A stretch of DNA of 64,000 nucleotides. Origin: Bugula neritina (Eukaryota; Animalia; Bryozoa). The number at the start of each line of letters is the position of its first letter. The stretch's first letter is position 1. This document shows positions 39,301 to 54,147 of the stretch, in pieces. The translations under genes were made by a program, and so were the position numbers. The notes under the pieces are model-generated. The model searched no databases, was not told the DNA's origin, and worked only from the letters and a program-made list of their open reading frames with translations. The DNA lies in assembly GCA_964035545.1 (NCBI GenBank), contig OZ037773.1, positions 2,323,751-2,387,750 on the forward strand, written 5' to 3'.

Positions 39301-41221
39301 AGCCACGCCAAACTGTTGGGGAACTAGGTAGGCAACTTCGAGTTGAATTCCAATAAGTTACTCTAAACTTTGAAATAATATTTTACTTTTCAACAATTAT
39401 TGATATGATGTAGATTTTGACTTAAGTTTGTATATAACATCATTATAGTGCATAGCTTATTTATTTTTATTTAACCAGAACTTTAAACTTTTTCAAAAGT
39501 TTGGTCACTTTTATAAGGCAAAACGTGAATTATTTAATATCTCTTTGAAAAAAAACATTACTCACTCCAAATAATCAGTATTGTGCTCACCAATCTACAC
39601 ATAAGTTCACATAGTGGCACTTGTGCATTTACTCATATACAGTGTGTAAATTGCAGATAACTTCATTACTGACCAGTATGACTATAAAATTATCTAAATA
39701 ACCGTGGGAATAGCTGAACTCCTATCATTCAATACAAGCAAGGTATAGATAGGTTCTTCTTGATACACAGCCTGGATATTTTTCTTATCAAGAAATCACA
39801 GGTGTGAGAATGGCTAAGGAAATTAATATTTTTAGCCTACAAATAATAAACTATACACAGATTAAATAAATAATTAAAATAGGCTATAGCAAACTATTTT
39901 CTGACAAAAAAAAGGAATCTTTTGCAAAAAGCTCTAATTATACAGGTCAAAGGAGCTAGGTGCAAAACGAATATGTTCATGAAAGCATTAATTATACATG
40001 TGTTCAGTATTTGTGCTATAAAATTTTTATATTTTATATCAACTAGTTGTTGGGAGCAAAATTAACAACTTGGAGTAATTTGAGGAATACAATTTCATTG
40101 GAGATGGTTAGGTAATTTCAATTTGATGTAGGTTATACTGTCTTTTTGATTATCCCTCTTTAAATTTTGGCTCCAACTCTCAAATTTAATATTTCAGTAA
40201 TTAAAAATAAATAGCAATTTATATACACACAGAGTTTAATAAATTGTATTTCAAACATTCCCTTATACAGCTCAGTGTGAAGTTGATGTCACTGGTTCCT
40301 ACTTGATGAAGCATTTTCATTCTGAGATTCCATTGAGGAATTTATAACATGTTATATGCTTTAGACAGGTGTGCCATAAACATGGAGAAACTATGACTCT
40401 GTGGTATATATATAAAATGAGGCATTTAAAAGGTGATTCTCCCACTTTTATTCATATTATACATATGCACATAAAGTAATGTTATGTGTTATGTCTTTGA
40501 GGGCCACATAAAAGTTAAGCTGGTGGCCCTTCTTAAATGTAGTTAAACATTTGTATATTGTTGAGGTTTTAATAAACTTGAGAAAAATTGCCCTACATAA
40601 GCAAATACTATATTAGAATGCCATGCAATCGAAATTTTAAAAGAATTACAACCCAAAGTAGAAATCATTTTTAGGTTGAATGTTTTACCTTGCTTACTCC
40701 TAAAAGTAAGCTTTTTATGTAGTTAAATTAGATTTTTATTTATAGTATGCTATCTAGCTAAAAGATTCTTGCTGTTAGTTTTGCTTTAATTGAAGCGCAA
40801 ATAATATACATATAGTATGGGAAAGTTTATAATGATATACCTTTTTGTAGCAGACTATGTAACCTATAATATAGTGTAGATATTTAAACTTATACTGACG
40901 CATTTGAATTAGTATAGGAGCCAATATTACATAATATATATATATATATGTTATACTTTTTGTAATGAATAAGCTGGTCCGCTATACTGGTGTAGAACTT
41001 TCTAGAGAGTCTAGACAAGTATTATCTACAGATTATTGGTGTAATTTAGGAATAATCCTATCATGTCTACTATTCAACTCACAGTTCTTATAACTGTGTT
41101 TTTATAATGGTGTAACCAGGCAAAATTTGAACATATTTGCAATCAGCTCCAAAGCTGCCTCACACTGTCCATGTTTATAGACAACAGCACCTGAACAAGT
41201 TGCATCAGGTGTCTGCTTGGA

Positions 41222-41539
41222 GCAGCCCGTACTGGCGATAAGAAAAAGAAAAGGAAGAGAAAAGAAAGCTATGGAATCTATATTTATAGAGTATTGAAAC
41301 AGGTTCACCCTGACACTGGTGTCTCCGGCAAGGCAATGAGTGTAATGAATAGTTTCATCAATGATGTGTTTGAAAGAATTGCTGGAGAGGCATCGAGACT
41401 TGCTCACTATAATAAAAAATCCACCATTACCAGCCGGGAAGTTCAGACTGCAGTGAGGTTAATCCTTCCGGGAGAATTATTGAAACACGCTGTATCTGAA
41501 GGTACAAAGGCTGTGACTAAATACACCAGCTCCAAGTAA
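41222..41539 (+). pseudogene. H2B: Near-canonical histone H2B, 5'-truncated (no start codon or promoter)
   Basis: [105 protein letters not shown]. In-frame TGA at 41192-41194 upstream with no ATG in between. The upstream DNA is an inverted H2B 3' flank. Confidence 0.88.
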
Positions 41540-41568
41540 TCTCTCCAAGCTCCACTACTAACCCCAAC

Positions 41569-41584
41569 GGCCCTTTTCAGGGCC
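41569..41584 (+). terminator. Histone 3' stem-loop
   Basis: GGCCCTTTTCAGGGCC. Confidence 0.95.
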
Positions 41585-42011
41585 ACTAATGTTTACTTGT
41601 TCAAACCTGTGAATAATAAACTATTGATAAACCTTCTAGATATATATTGGGCTCTATAAAACTTGCAATGCACTCACTTATTAACATGTTCTATTTAAAA
41701 TCTATGTAAAATATGTAAAATAGTGTAGGCTACACATAAACAACTGAATAAAAAGTATAATCTTCTATCATGCTTAGCCTGCATTCCAGGAACTGTCCAT
41801 CCCTGACTTTACAAATTAAAATAGTTATGTTGAAGCAGACTCCTGGTGCAATTTGTTCAGGTGCTGTTGTCTATAATAAACACTTATATAGCTACTGTTC
41901 AGATTTTACCTGCAGTCACACCATTACAGAAGTAGAGTTATAAGAGCTGCAGTGAGCTGTATAATAGATATGATAGGATTCATAACTTACACCAATAATC
42001 TACATATAATA

Positions 42012-42348
42012 GGGGTAAGGGGGGGGGCACAATGGTCATAGGGGTAAAAAAAGCCGGCCAAATTGTGAGAGAACTTATTGACTTAGAGTTGTGATTTTCT
42101 TTCATAAAAAACGTATATGAACATAATTATTCAGCCATTGTAGTTTCAACACTTGCGGAACATACGTGTTGAAAAGGCAAGTAAAAAACTGTTTTTTCCT
42201 ACTTTTTGTAAATTTTTTAAGAGGTCGTTAAAGCTTTATAACTTTTTACACTCAAAGGTAGCAAGCCTAGATTTTACTGATATTGTTGCCATTGCTTGTC
42301 TCTACATTGCTTAACTAGTATAACTGCAAACTCTAAAATGCATTTTCT
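42012..42348 (+). mobile_element. Left-end fragment of the TA-flanked TIR transposon
   Basis: TA|GGGGTAAGGGGGGGGGCACAATGG start. Matches 49782 to about 50118, then breaks into a tRNA-like head remnant. Confidence 0.82.
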
Positions 42349-44148
42349 GGTTTGCAAACTAACGTGCTAAACATTAGACCACAGAGGCAACTAGGAAATA
42401 GCAACACTACAAACTTTAGCAACATTCTTTTTTTTAATAAACTCTTGTGAAGCTATTAGTGTATATTATTGCAATGTAAATAAAACACCATCATTGAACT
42501 CTGCCAAATGTTTTATTGAATGTTATAAAGTAATGCAGCAGCTTTGGGGCTCATTGCAAATGTGTTCAAATTTTATCTGCAGTCACACCATTGCAAAAAA
42601 TTAAGTTATAAGAACTGTAAGTTGAATAGTAATGATAGGATTCATAACTTACACCAATAATCTGTAGATAATACCTGTCTAGAGTCTAGAAAATTCTAAA
42701 CTTAAACAAATATATTTATTAAGGATTACCCACAATGAACCTTGGCTAGACTGGAGTAGTGGACCAGTTGAAAGCTAGCATCAGCCTTCTGACAAAAATT
42801 AAAATATGTAATATGCGCACAAATATTATATTTATTGTAGAACTCCTAATACATTTAGCTTTTCTGTGCAGCTTTAGTTATGAATCTCACCACATCTACT
42901 ATTCAACTCAAAAAATTTGAGTTCCAAAGCTGCTGCTTACTATTAGTATATAGTGAAGTATGATGTACCATGGTAGTGAGTAACAACTGTGTTTATTGCT
43001 AGCTGTTGCTCTTTTCACATTTCTTGACTAGATTAGGTCTATAGTAAATATATATTTATACATGTTTATGTAGACAGTAAGCTCTGTTATCTCCATACTC
43101 ACCCAGCATGGTGTTTCAAACTAACCATTTGCTTAACTACATGGTCTAGGTGAAAACAAAGTGATCATAATGACTTGAACACACTTGGAAGCTGTTATAT
43201 AATATGTTTGATACAAAATAAACTTGGCTTTTATTAAATAAAACAATAAAGTGAAAAAATGAGCTATCATGTTAAATAAATAAGTTCCAGTATATATAAA
43301 GATGAAACATAAATAATTATTTGAGACTTACAAAATACTCATGAGACTTGCTATTCAAATAGCTTTATTTCCCCCCCCCCTCGAATATTGTTGATCGCCA
43401 ATTTGCCTGCAACCTAAATTTTAGTAGCTGTTGAATATTTCAAGAGTGTCTGCGTTGCATAGACTGGTAGCGTAAAGAACATATTATCAACCTTTTACAA
43501 GTTATCCTCTTTATGAGGCGTAGAGGGGCTACACACACACACACACACACAGAGATTATTGGTATAGAGTATAGACTATAGAGTTATCAATTGCATATTC
43601 ATTTTTTGTTTTGAAAACAGTGCATTCTGGTTGGAAAGTTATCTAGGCATTACACAGAGCTGATAATATACTGATTGCTTCCATATTATATTAACATATA
43701 TATGCAAGTGTATTCGAAGCCTCGAAAAGCTCATAATTATATAAGTTTATAGTGTTTATCGTGAGAACATCTAATGAAAAGGTTTTAATTTAAAGCCTGC
43801 TAAGAAATTTTTTACATGCTGCACATGCAGGAGAAATTATGAGTGGATACTCTTTCGAACATAACAGGTGTGGGAACTCAGACCACTAACTTCCTGTTCC
43901 GCTAACTCCTACACTTTTTTCCTTTGTAAATTTTGTTCACAATTTAATAGGAATACAGAATACATTTAACATTTATTCAAAGCATTACTCTACACAACAT
44001 ATTTTTTCATGGCGGGTTTTTTAAATATCATAACAAAATATATTATTTATCATGTTGTCATAGCAACATCAAACAATTATGGTTACAATATGTAGCAAGC
44101 ATGAACATTGTTTAACAAAACTACTACAACTTGTATTATAGTAATGAT

Positions 44149-44428
44149 CTAAGATTCAATTTGACCGACTGTTGGAGTCTTCAACATGAGTAAATTCATC
44201 GCATGAATACGGTAGCCCGGGGTCATGACGAAATATATTACAACATTAAGAATGCTAAAAATTGTAATGTAATAGAAAGAAATCCATCTGGCCAAATATC
44301 CTAAGCCCTTTAAAATATCATTAAGGTTATTACAAACTAAGGATATGGCTGTTGGAATGTAGGACAAGTAAAGAGTGATGAAGATTATTATAATATACTG
44401 GGCAGATCTCTTCACTATCAGATCATCT
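44149..44428 (-). pseudogene. GPCR 3' fragment (TM6-TM7-C-tail)
   Basis: DDLIVKRSAQYIIIIF...KTPTVGQIES*. The 5' part is replaced by downstream-flank sequence. Confidence 0.88.
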
Positions 44429-45393
44429 GTTTGATACAAAATAAACTTGGTTTTTTTCAAATAGAAAATAAAGTGAAAAAATTAGCCATTAGTCAAATAA
44501 ATAAGTTCCAGTATGTATAAAGATTAAACATAAATAATTATTTGAATATTACAAAATACTCGTGAGACTTGCTATTCAAGTAGCTATTTTTCCCCCAATT
44601 ATTGTTGATCACCAATTTGTCTGCAACTTAAACCTTGGTAACTGTTGAATATTTAAAGAGTGTCTCAGTTGCATAGAGTGGAAGTGTAAATATCATTATC
44701 AAACTTTTACAAGTTATCCTCTTTATGAGGCGTATAGGGGGCTACTCTAGCACACACGGATTATTGGTATAGACTATAGAGTTATCAATTGCATATTTAC
44801 TTTTTAATTTTGAAAATTGTGCATTTTAGTTGGAAAGTTATCTATGCATTGCACAGAGCTCATAATATACTAATTACTTTCATATTATGTCAATATATTA
44901 TATGCAAGTGTATTCGTAGCACCAAAAAGTTCATATGAGTTTAGAGTGTCTATTGTGAGAACCTCTGATGAAAAGATTTTAATGTAAAGCCTGCTAAGAA
45001 CATATTTACATGTGGCACATGAGAAATTATGAGTGGATACTCTCTTGAACATAGCAGGTGTGTGGACTAAAACCACTAACTTAGTGTTAATTCACTAACT
45101 CCAGCGCCAAGACTGATTTCCTTTGTAACCTTTCTTTTCAATTTAATACTAATTAATATAAAAATTAACTTTAAGACATTTATTTAGAGCACTATAACTT
45201 AACACGACATATCTTTTTCATGACTGATTTTTTAAATATCGTAGCAAAATATACTATTAATTGATATTTCAATTCATGTTGCCATGGCAACTTCAAACAA
45301 TTGCAGTTACAATGTGGTCATTCTTTGACATTAAAATGAGCAAGTATGAACATTGTTTACCAAAACTACAACAACTTTTATTATAGTAATGAT

Positions 45394-45570
45394 TTAAGAT
45401 TCAATTTGGCCTGACTGTTGGAGTCTTCAACATGAGTAAATCCATCACATGAATACGGTAGCCTGGGGTCATGATGAAATATATTATTACATTAAAAATG
45501 CTAAAATGTGTAATGTAAAAGAAGGAAATCCATCTGACCAAATATCTTAAGTCTTTTGAAATATCATCAA
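45394..45570 (-). pseudogene. GPCR C-terminal fragment, more diverged
   Basis: Reverse complement resembles DDISKDLRYLVRWISF...NVIIYFIMTPGYRIHV. An internal deletion joins it to the GPCR upstream flank. Confidence 0.78.
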
Positions 45571-47604
45571 GACATCAATTATAGTATAGCATAGCTCAGT
45601 AATATTATGTACATTACTGTATATAGTATAGTAAGACATAATATAGTAATATAGAATATAATATACTATAGTACAGCTCAAGTTGTACATGATATAAACA
45701 ACATACTTATTATTTAGAAATTCATATCAAGATGATACATAATATTATAAAAACAGATGACATATATTATTTCTTACTACTTTATATACAACACTGTATA
45801 AAATAGTAAGACATAATATAGTAATATAGAATTTATTAATGCTTTTTATCAATTTGGTTGACACTATTCTAGTATAAATTGAAGTTTAACTTGGTTTTAT
45901 TAACTGATAGCTCATTTCTAATAGATAGAGGAAATACCGCTTCAAACACAGGAACATGAAACTTTTCATCTTTGAAATAGCTATATTAGCATTTAATACG
46001 TTTTATTGTTGTTTGATACCAGAATATGTGTATTCTGCCAGTTACACACAATAATAAAATGCAACTGTATAGCCTTCAGATAAAAAATATTTTAGAATAA
46101 TGAGAGCAGAAATGAGTGATCAGGAATATTTGTTTACTTAGTAGGCTATATGCATGTTACCAAGTATTGCTAGACATCAAGCTACCTAGCCTGCTGCATA
46201 ATAATTATAATACTTTTAATATCTAGGCTATTTCTACAATCATACATGGCTATGCTAAAACTTCTTTTGTATAAAACTAGCAGAATAATACTACAATAAT
46301 AATAATGATAATAATAATGCTTTTTCATGTTTATAAATACATGGCACACCTGTCTAAAGCATACATGTTATAAATTCCTCAATAGAATCTCAGAATGAAA
46401 ATGCTTCATCAAATAGGAAACAACAAGATCAACTTCACACTGAGCTGTACAAGGGAATGTTTGAAATACAATTTATTAAACTCTGTGTGTATAATTGCTA
46501 TTTAATTTTAATTACTGAAATATTAAGTTTGAGAGTTGGAGCCAAAATTTAAAGAAGGCTAATTAAAAAGACAGTATAACCTACATCAAATTGAAATTAC
46601 CTAACCATCTCCAAAATTTTATTCCTCAAATTACTCCAAGTTGTTAATTTTGCTCCCAACAACTAGTTGGTATAGAATATAAAAATTTTATAGCACAAAT
46701 ACTGAACACATGTATAATTAATGTTTTCATGAACATATGCATTTTGCACCTAGCTCCTTTGACCTGTACAATTATAGCTTTTTCCAAAATATTCTTTTTT
46801 TTCGTCAGAAAATATTTTGTTTATATAGCCTATTTTAATTATTTGCTTAATATGTGTATATTGTATTATTTGTAGGCTAACAATATTAATTTTCCTTAGG
46901 CCATTCTCACACCTGTGATTTCTTGATAAAAAAATATCCAAGCTCTGCATCAAGAAGAACCTATCTATACCTTGAATGGTAAGAGTTCAGCTATTCCCAT
47001 GTACTTGGTTATTTAGGTAGGTTGTCTGCAATTTACACGCTGTATATGAGTAAATGCACAAATACCACTATGTGAACTTATTGATAGATTGGTGCCCACA
47101 ATTATGATTATTTGGAGTTCGTAATGTTTTGCCTTATAAAAGTGACCAAACTTTTTAAAAAGTTTAACGTTCTGGTTAAATAAAAACAAATAAGCTATGC
47201 ACTAATGATGTTATATACAAAGTTAGGTCAAAATCTACATTATATCAATAATTGTTGAAAAGTACAATATCATTTTGAAGTTTAAAGTAATTCATCGGAA
47301 TTCAACTCAAAGTTGCCTATACCAATTTCCCTAAAAGTTTGACTTGGCTATATTGTATAAGATATGCAAATTAGATTGTTCTACGAGTTTCATTGGTCTA
47401 TGACAAATAATTGTTTTCAATGTAAACATTAGGGCACACTAAGGCTTCAATTTACGCAACCGCCATCTGATTGGATAATTTCTAACTACTGTTGATACAT
47501 ATAAATACAGAGTGCCCTAAGATCTGAACATCATTTAGCTCCAAACTACTGTTGCAGTCACTACATCGAGAACAAGCATTCAACATTATCACTAACTGAA
47601 CAGC

Positions 47605-47979
47605 ATGCCTCTTAAAGTTAGCTCCAAAGGTGCCAAGAAAACAGAAAAGGCTAAAGCAGCTCCAATGCCTGGAGACAAGAGAAAACAAAGAAGAGGCAAA
47701 GGAAGTTACAGCGCATACATTACTTACAACGTGTTGAAGCAAGTCCACCCAGACACTGGTGTATCTAGCAGCGCCATGAGGATCATGGAGAGCTTTGTCA
47801 ATGATATGTTCCATATAGTAGTGAATGAAGCATCTAGATTGGCAGACTACAACAGGAAGTCCAAGATAACAAGCCGAGAGGTAGAGACTGTCCTGAAGCT
47901 GATTCTGCCAGGAGAGTTAGCTAAGCATGCCGAGGCTGAGGGTACAAAGGCTGTAACTAAATACGCCAGCTCCAAGTAA
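47605..47979 (+). CDS. H2B: Divergent histone H2B variant, 124 aa, intact
   Basis: Histone-fold motifs as at 24284. Retains SYS and HPD. Promoter and stem-loop present. Confidence 0.92.
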   Translation: MPLKVSSKGAKKTEKAKAAPMPGDKRKQRRGKGSYSAYITYNVLKQVHPDTGVSSSAMRIMESFVNDMFHIVVNEASRLADYNRKSKITSREVETVLKLILPGELAKHAEAEGTKAVTKYASSK

Positions 47980-48008
47980 TCTCTCCAAGCTCCATCACTA
48001 ACCCCAAC

Positions 48009-48024
48009 GGCCCTTTTCAGGGCC
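48009..48024 (+). terminator. Histone 3' stem-loop
   Basis: GGCCCTTTTCAGGGCC. Confidence 0.95.
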
Positions 48025-49234
48025 ACTAATGTTTACTTGAAGAGTTGTTCAAACTTATGAATAATAAATTATTGATAAACCTTCTAGATATATATTGGGC
48101 TATATAAAGTTTGCAATGCACTCACTTATCAACATGTTCTATTTAAAATCTAAAATATGTAAAATAGTTTATACATAAACAACTGAATAAAAAGTATAAT
48201 CTTCTATCACGCTTAACCTGCATTCCAGGAATTGTCCATCCCAGACTTCACAAATCAAAATAGTTATGTTGAAGCAGACTCCTGGTGCAATTTGTTCAGT
48301 TGCTGTTGTCTACAATAAACACCAATGGGTGGGTGGCACCATACTACAACTTATCAAAATCAAATCTTGCATCACTTATAACATTGAAGAAAAGTCAGAT
48401 ATTATCACAATATTCTAATAGTGTAATTCTCTCTATTGTTTAATAGCAGGTTCTATTCAATTATGATATATTGAGCTCTCTCTACAGTAGTAGTAACATG
48501 TAAGGACTTAGAGTATACAAGTAAGCAAATATTCTTGTTTACTTATTTCTGCATTGTTTAATAGGGTAGTTCTTATTATTCTAAAATATTTTTTATCTGA
48601 AGGCTATAAAGTTGCATTTTGTTATTGTGTGTAACTGGCAGAGTACACATATTCCGGTATCAAACAACAATAAAACGTATTAAATGCTAATATAACTATT
48701 TCAAAGATGAAAAGTTTCATGTTCCTGTGTTTGAAGCGGTATTTCCTTTATCTATTACAAATGAGCTATCAGCTAATAAAACCAAGTTAAACTTCAATTT
48801 ATACTAAAGCAATGTCAACCAAATTGATAAAAAGCATTAATATTGAGTAAAAAGGAAACTTCCTAAACTAGGGGAAGATAACTCTGAGTTTGCAGTTTTC
48901 AAAGCTGCGGGGAGGGGGGGGGGAAACGTTCTGTTGGTCAGAATAAATTAGAAAGTGGTGTGACTCATAAGGATACTATAGAATGTCTGCATACTAAAAG
49001 TTGACATTCTAGATGGTACAACAAAAGAGTGGCTACTGAGAGAATTACTGATAAGCAAATATGATATTGTGCCATGCATAGGCTCCACCCACCTGTCAAT
49101 TTTTAGTCACAACTTTATTGAGAGATAGTTTTATAGGTTTAAAATACTTCAAAAAAGTATTCTAAAAGTATTCTAAAAGTATAACAATTGCATACTCTCA
49201 GTCTATGATGTAGCATATGCTCTCAGTCTATAAT

Positions 49235-49781
49235 CACAGGCTTTCCATGGATCCATCTCAGCTAGATTGATCTGAGAAATGTGCTCAGATCAATCAAATT
49301 TCCATGACGATGTAAGATTGATCTTGCGTAGTTGCCTCCTCTTGAGTTAATACATTTTTTAAAGATAATTTGTCCACCCATGCACCTGAGTGATTAAAGC
49401 TACCGCGATTGAAAAACAGGATTGCGGTAGTCTAGAAATTAACGCCATCCAAAATAAACTATATATGCAGCAAAGCTTTCCCAGTAAAGTAATTTGGCTA
49501 ATTTATAAATATTAATTTTAATCTTTTAGCTTGACAGCTTGTATAACATTAATAGCTGTCTTGCAGACTATTTATAAACTTACAGGATTGTTAGGTTTGA
49601 AATTACACAGCAAATAACTAATGAAAGTAAGATTTACTAGCCACTTGAATTTAATTTAAATGCTTCGAATTTTTGTACACCTTCTCTCATCTATACTTCA
49701 ATATAATTTAGTTTTCTTAGTCATTGTACTGAAAATTAAAGTTTTGGCATCGGAAAAAGTGGCTTTCGTAATTATCAAGTA
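49235..49781 (+). mobile_element. CAC..GTG MITE copy cut off by the TA-flanked transposon
   Basis: Left TIR present. The sequence stops at attatcaagTA, where intact copies continue ctttgctttatac. Confidence 0.85.
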
Positions 49782-51084
49782 GGGGTAAGGGGGGGGGGCA
49801 CAACGGTCATAGGGGTACAAAATGCCGGCCAAATTGTGAGAGAACTTATTGACTTAGAGTAGCGATTTTTTTTTTCATAAAAAGATATCGACATAATTAT
49901 TCAGCCATTGTAGTGTCAACACTTGCGGAATATACGTGTTGAAAAGGCGAGTGAAAAACTGTTTTCTCCTACTTTTTGTAAAATCTTTAAGACGTCATTA
50001 AAGCTTTATAACTTTTTACACTCAAAGGTAGCAAGCCTAGATTTTACTGATATTGTTGCCATTGCTTGTCTCTACATTGCTTAACTAGTATAACAGCAAA
50101 CTCTAAAATATATTTTCTTTGAGCTACATTTATTTTCAATTTGGCCACATGGGGCACAATGGGCCACCTGATTATTGCACCCTGATCACTATTATTAGTT
50201 TGTTTGCCCAAAAAGTTGGTTGAAATGTTACTAAAATCTATAGATATAGCCATTTCTAACCTTTTTGTAAAATATCGAAGACATCATGGTAAGACTACAA
50301 AACTACGAGGTGAAGTGCCATTATAAATATATACAGCTTTGCCATTTTATACATAATACAAAACATTCTGCTGTTGCTACTATAGTAGATATAGTCATGA
50401 TGCATATTATATATTATATCATTGAGGGAATATACATGTATTTGACTAAAATAAATTGCGATTTGCTCATTTGCTCCTCCCCCCCCCCCTCTGACTTCCG
50501 TACTTCAGCCACAAACCGAAGCCATGCACCTTAGCTACAGTTCATAGAAAAAAGTCCACTCAGAATTTTGTAGTACATGTTACTAAAGTTTTTTTCTGAT
50601 AAAAGTTCCTCTGAAGTGTAAATAAAAAAAAACATTTTCAGTTCTAAACAGTAATGATAATGGCACAGTAGAATCGAGTGATGTGCAATTGGTTTTGCGT
50701 TCCTCTGCTATCCGCGGTGGCACAAACTGTATAGCCAAAACATGAATTTTGCTTTAGATCTGAAAGAATATTTTTATTTGTTTGTAATATTAAATAAATG
50801 AAGATCAGGTGCAACAAAATCTGCAAAGTTTCAATATATTTGTTGTGCCCCACCCAGTGGCCCATTGTAACCCCGTACAGGGGCACAATGGGCCGATTTT
50901 TTCGTCATAAAAAATTCATTATTCTGAAAGTTGTGAGAGAGATAGAAACAACTAAATGATACCTGTAATAGACAACAGATGCAGCATTTAGACTACAAAT
51001 TATTGAACTAGTAACTCGAAAAACAGACGAATGAGAGCAAGAAATGCAAAATTCAGCCCGTTGTGCCCCCCCCCCTTAAGCCCC
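49782..51084. mobile_element. 1.3-kb non-autonomous TIR DNA transposon, TA-flanked (Tc1/mariner-pogo-like)
   Basis: TA|GGGGTAAGGGGGGGGGGCACAACGG ... CCGTTGTGCCCCCCCCCCTTAAGCCCC|TA, with internal repeats GGGGCACAATGGGCC. No transposase ORF. Confidence 0.87.
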
Positions 51085-51592
51085 TATAATTAATATAATA
51101 TAAAAATTTTATAGCACAAATACTGAACACATGTATAATTAATGTTTTCATGAACATATGCATTTTGCACCTGGCTCCTTTGACCTGTACAATTATAGCT
51201 TAATTCCCAAAATATTTCTTTTTTGTCAGAAAATAGTTTGCTATACAGCCTATTTTAATTATTTATTTAATCTTTGTATAGTTTATTATTTGTAGGCTAA
51301 AAATATTAATTTCCTTATAGGCCATTCTCACACCTGTGATTTCTTGATAAGAAAAATATCCAGGCTGTGCATCAAGAAGAAACTATCTATACCTTGCTTG
51401 TATTGAATGATAGGAGTTCAGCTATTCCCATGCATGCACTTGGTTATTTAGATATTTTTATATAGTCATATACCAGCAATGAAGTTATCTGCAATTTACA
51501 CACTTTGAGATCTGAACATCATTTAGCATCAAACCACTGTTGCAGTCATTACATCAAGAACAAGCATTCAACATTACCACTAACTGAACAGC

Positions 51593-51973
51593 ATGACTCC
51601 TAAAGTTAGCTCCAAAGGTGCCAAGAAAGCAGGAGAGGCTAAAGCAGCTTCTAAGTCTGGAGACAAGAAAAAGAAGAGTAAAAGAAAAGAAAGTTAAAGC
51701 ACATATATTTACAAGGTACTGAAGCAAGTGCACCCAGACACTGGAGTATCTAGCAAAGCCATGAACATTATGAACAGCTTTGTCAATGATATGTGTTCAA
51801 AAAAATTGCGATCCACCATAACAAGGCAAGAAATACAGACTGCTGTGAAGCTCATTTTGCTGTAAGATTTGGCTAAACACCCTGTCACAGCCTAGTTCTT
51901 TCTGGAGAGAGAGCTCACTTTGCTGTAAGTGAAAGTGGCCAAAGGTGTCAGAAAATACACCAGTGAAAAATAG
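51593..51973 (+). pseudogene. H2B: H2B pseudogene, closer to canonical, without a stem-loop
   Basis: [66 protein letters not shown], then a deletion, [23 protein letters not shown], an insertion, KGVRKYTSEK*. The promoter region (TATA, CCAAT, octamer) is deleted. Confidence 0.88.
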
Positions 51974-52048
51974 TTGCCCCACCAGGATTCGAACCTGGGT
52001 GCTCTGGTTTGCTAACAAACGTGCTAACCATCAGACCACAGAGGCAAC
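51974..52048 (-). mobile_element. tRNA-like/SINE head
   Basis: A box TGGTCTGATGG and B box GGTTCGAATCC on the minus strand. Confidence 0.65.
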
Positions 52049-52871
52049 TATAGAAACAACAACACTATAAACTTTAGCAACAGTGTTTTTTGAATAAACT
52101 CTTGTGGAGCTTATTAGTTTATATTATTGCAATGTAAATAAAACACCATCATTGAACTCTGCCATGAAATGTTTCATTGAATGTTATAAAGTATTGCAGC
52201 AGCTTTGGGGCTCTTTGCAAATATGTTCAAATTTTACCTGCAGTCACACCATTGCAAAAAATAGAGTTATGAGAACTGTGAGTTGAATAGTAGATATGAT
52301 AGGATTCATAACTTACACCAATAATCTGTAGATAATACTTGTCTAGAGTCTAGAAAATTTCAAATCTAAACAAATATTTTGTTTATTAAGGATTAACCAC
52401 CCTGAACCTTCGCTAGACTGGAGTAGCCATACTCACCCAGTATGGTGTTTCAAACTAACCATTCACTTGACTATAGGTGGTCTAGGTCAGAACTCAAGTG
52501 ATCATTGGCTTGAACCCACATGGAAGCTGTTATATAATATGTTTGATACAAAATAAACTTGGCTTTTATTAAATAAAAAATGAAGGGAAAAAAATTAGCT
52601 ATCTGTTAAATAAATAAGTTCCAGCTAGTATATATAAAGATGAAACATAAATAATTATTTGAGACTTACAAAATACTCATGAGACTTGCTATTCAAATAG
52701 CTTTATCTCCCTCCCCCCCCCCTTCGAATATTGTTGATCGCCAATTTGCCTGCAACCTAAATTTTAGTAGCTGTTGAATATTTCAAGAGTGTCTGCGTTG
52801 CATAGACTGGTAGCGTAAAGAACATATTATCAAACTTTTGCAAGTTATCCTCTTTATGAGGCGTAGAGGGG

Positions 52872-53520
<649 letters not shown>

Positions 53521-54147
53521 GATTATTGGTATAGACTATAGAGTTATCAATTGCATATTCATTTTTTGTTTTGAAAACAGTGCATTTTAGTTGGAAATTT
53601 ATCTATGCATTGCACAGAGCTCATAATATACTAATTGCTTTCATATTATGTCAATATATTATATGCAAGTGTATTCGTAGCACCAAAAAGTTCATATGAG
53701 TTTATAGTGTCGATTGTGAGAACCTCTGATGAAAAGATTTTAATGTAAAGCCTGCTAAGAAAATATTTACATGTGGCACAGGAGAAATTATGAGTGGATA
53801 CTCTCTTGAACATAGCAGGTGTGTGGACTAAAACCACTAACTCAGTGTTAATTCACTAACTCCTGCACCAAGACTGTTTTCCTTTGTAGCCTTTCTTTTC
53901 AATTTAATACTAATTAATATAAAAATTAACTTTAAAACATTTATTAAGAGCATTACTTAACACAACATATCTTTTTCATGACTGACTTTTAAATATCATA
54001 ACATAATATACGATTTCATATTTTAATTCATGTTGCCATGTCAACTTCATACAATTATGGTTACAATATATAATCATTCTTCCACATTAAAACTATAGCA
54101 AGCATGAACGTTTAACAAAAAGACAGTTATTTTATTATAGTAATGAT

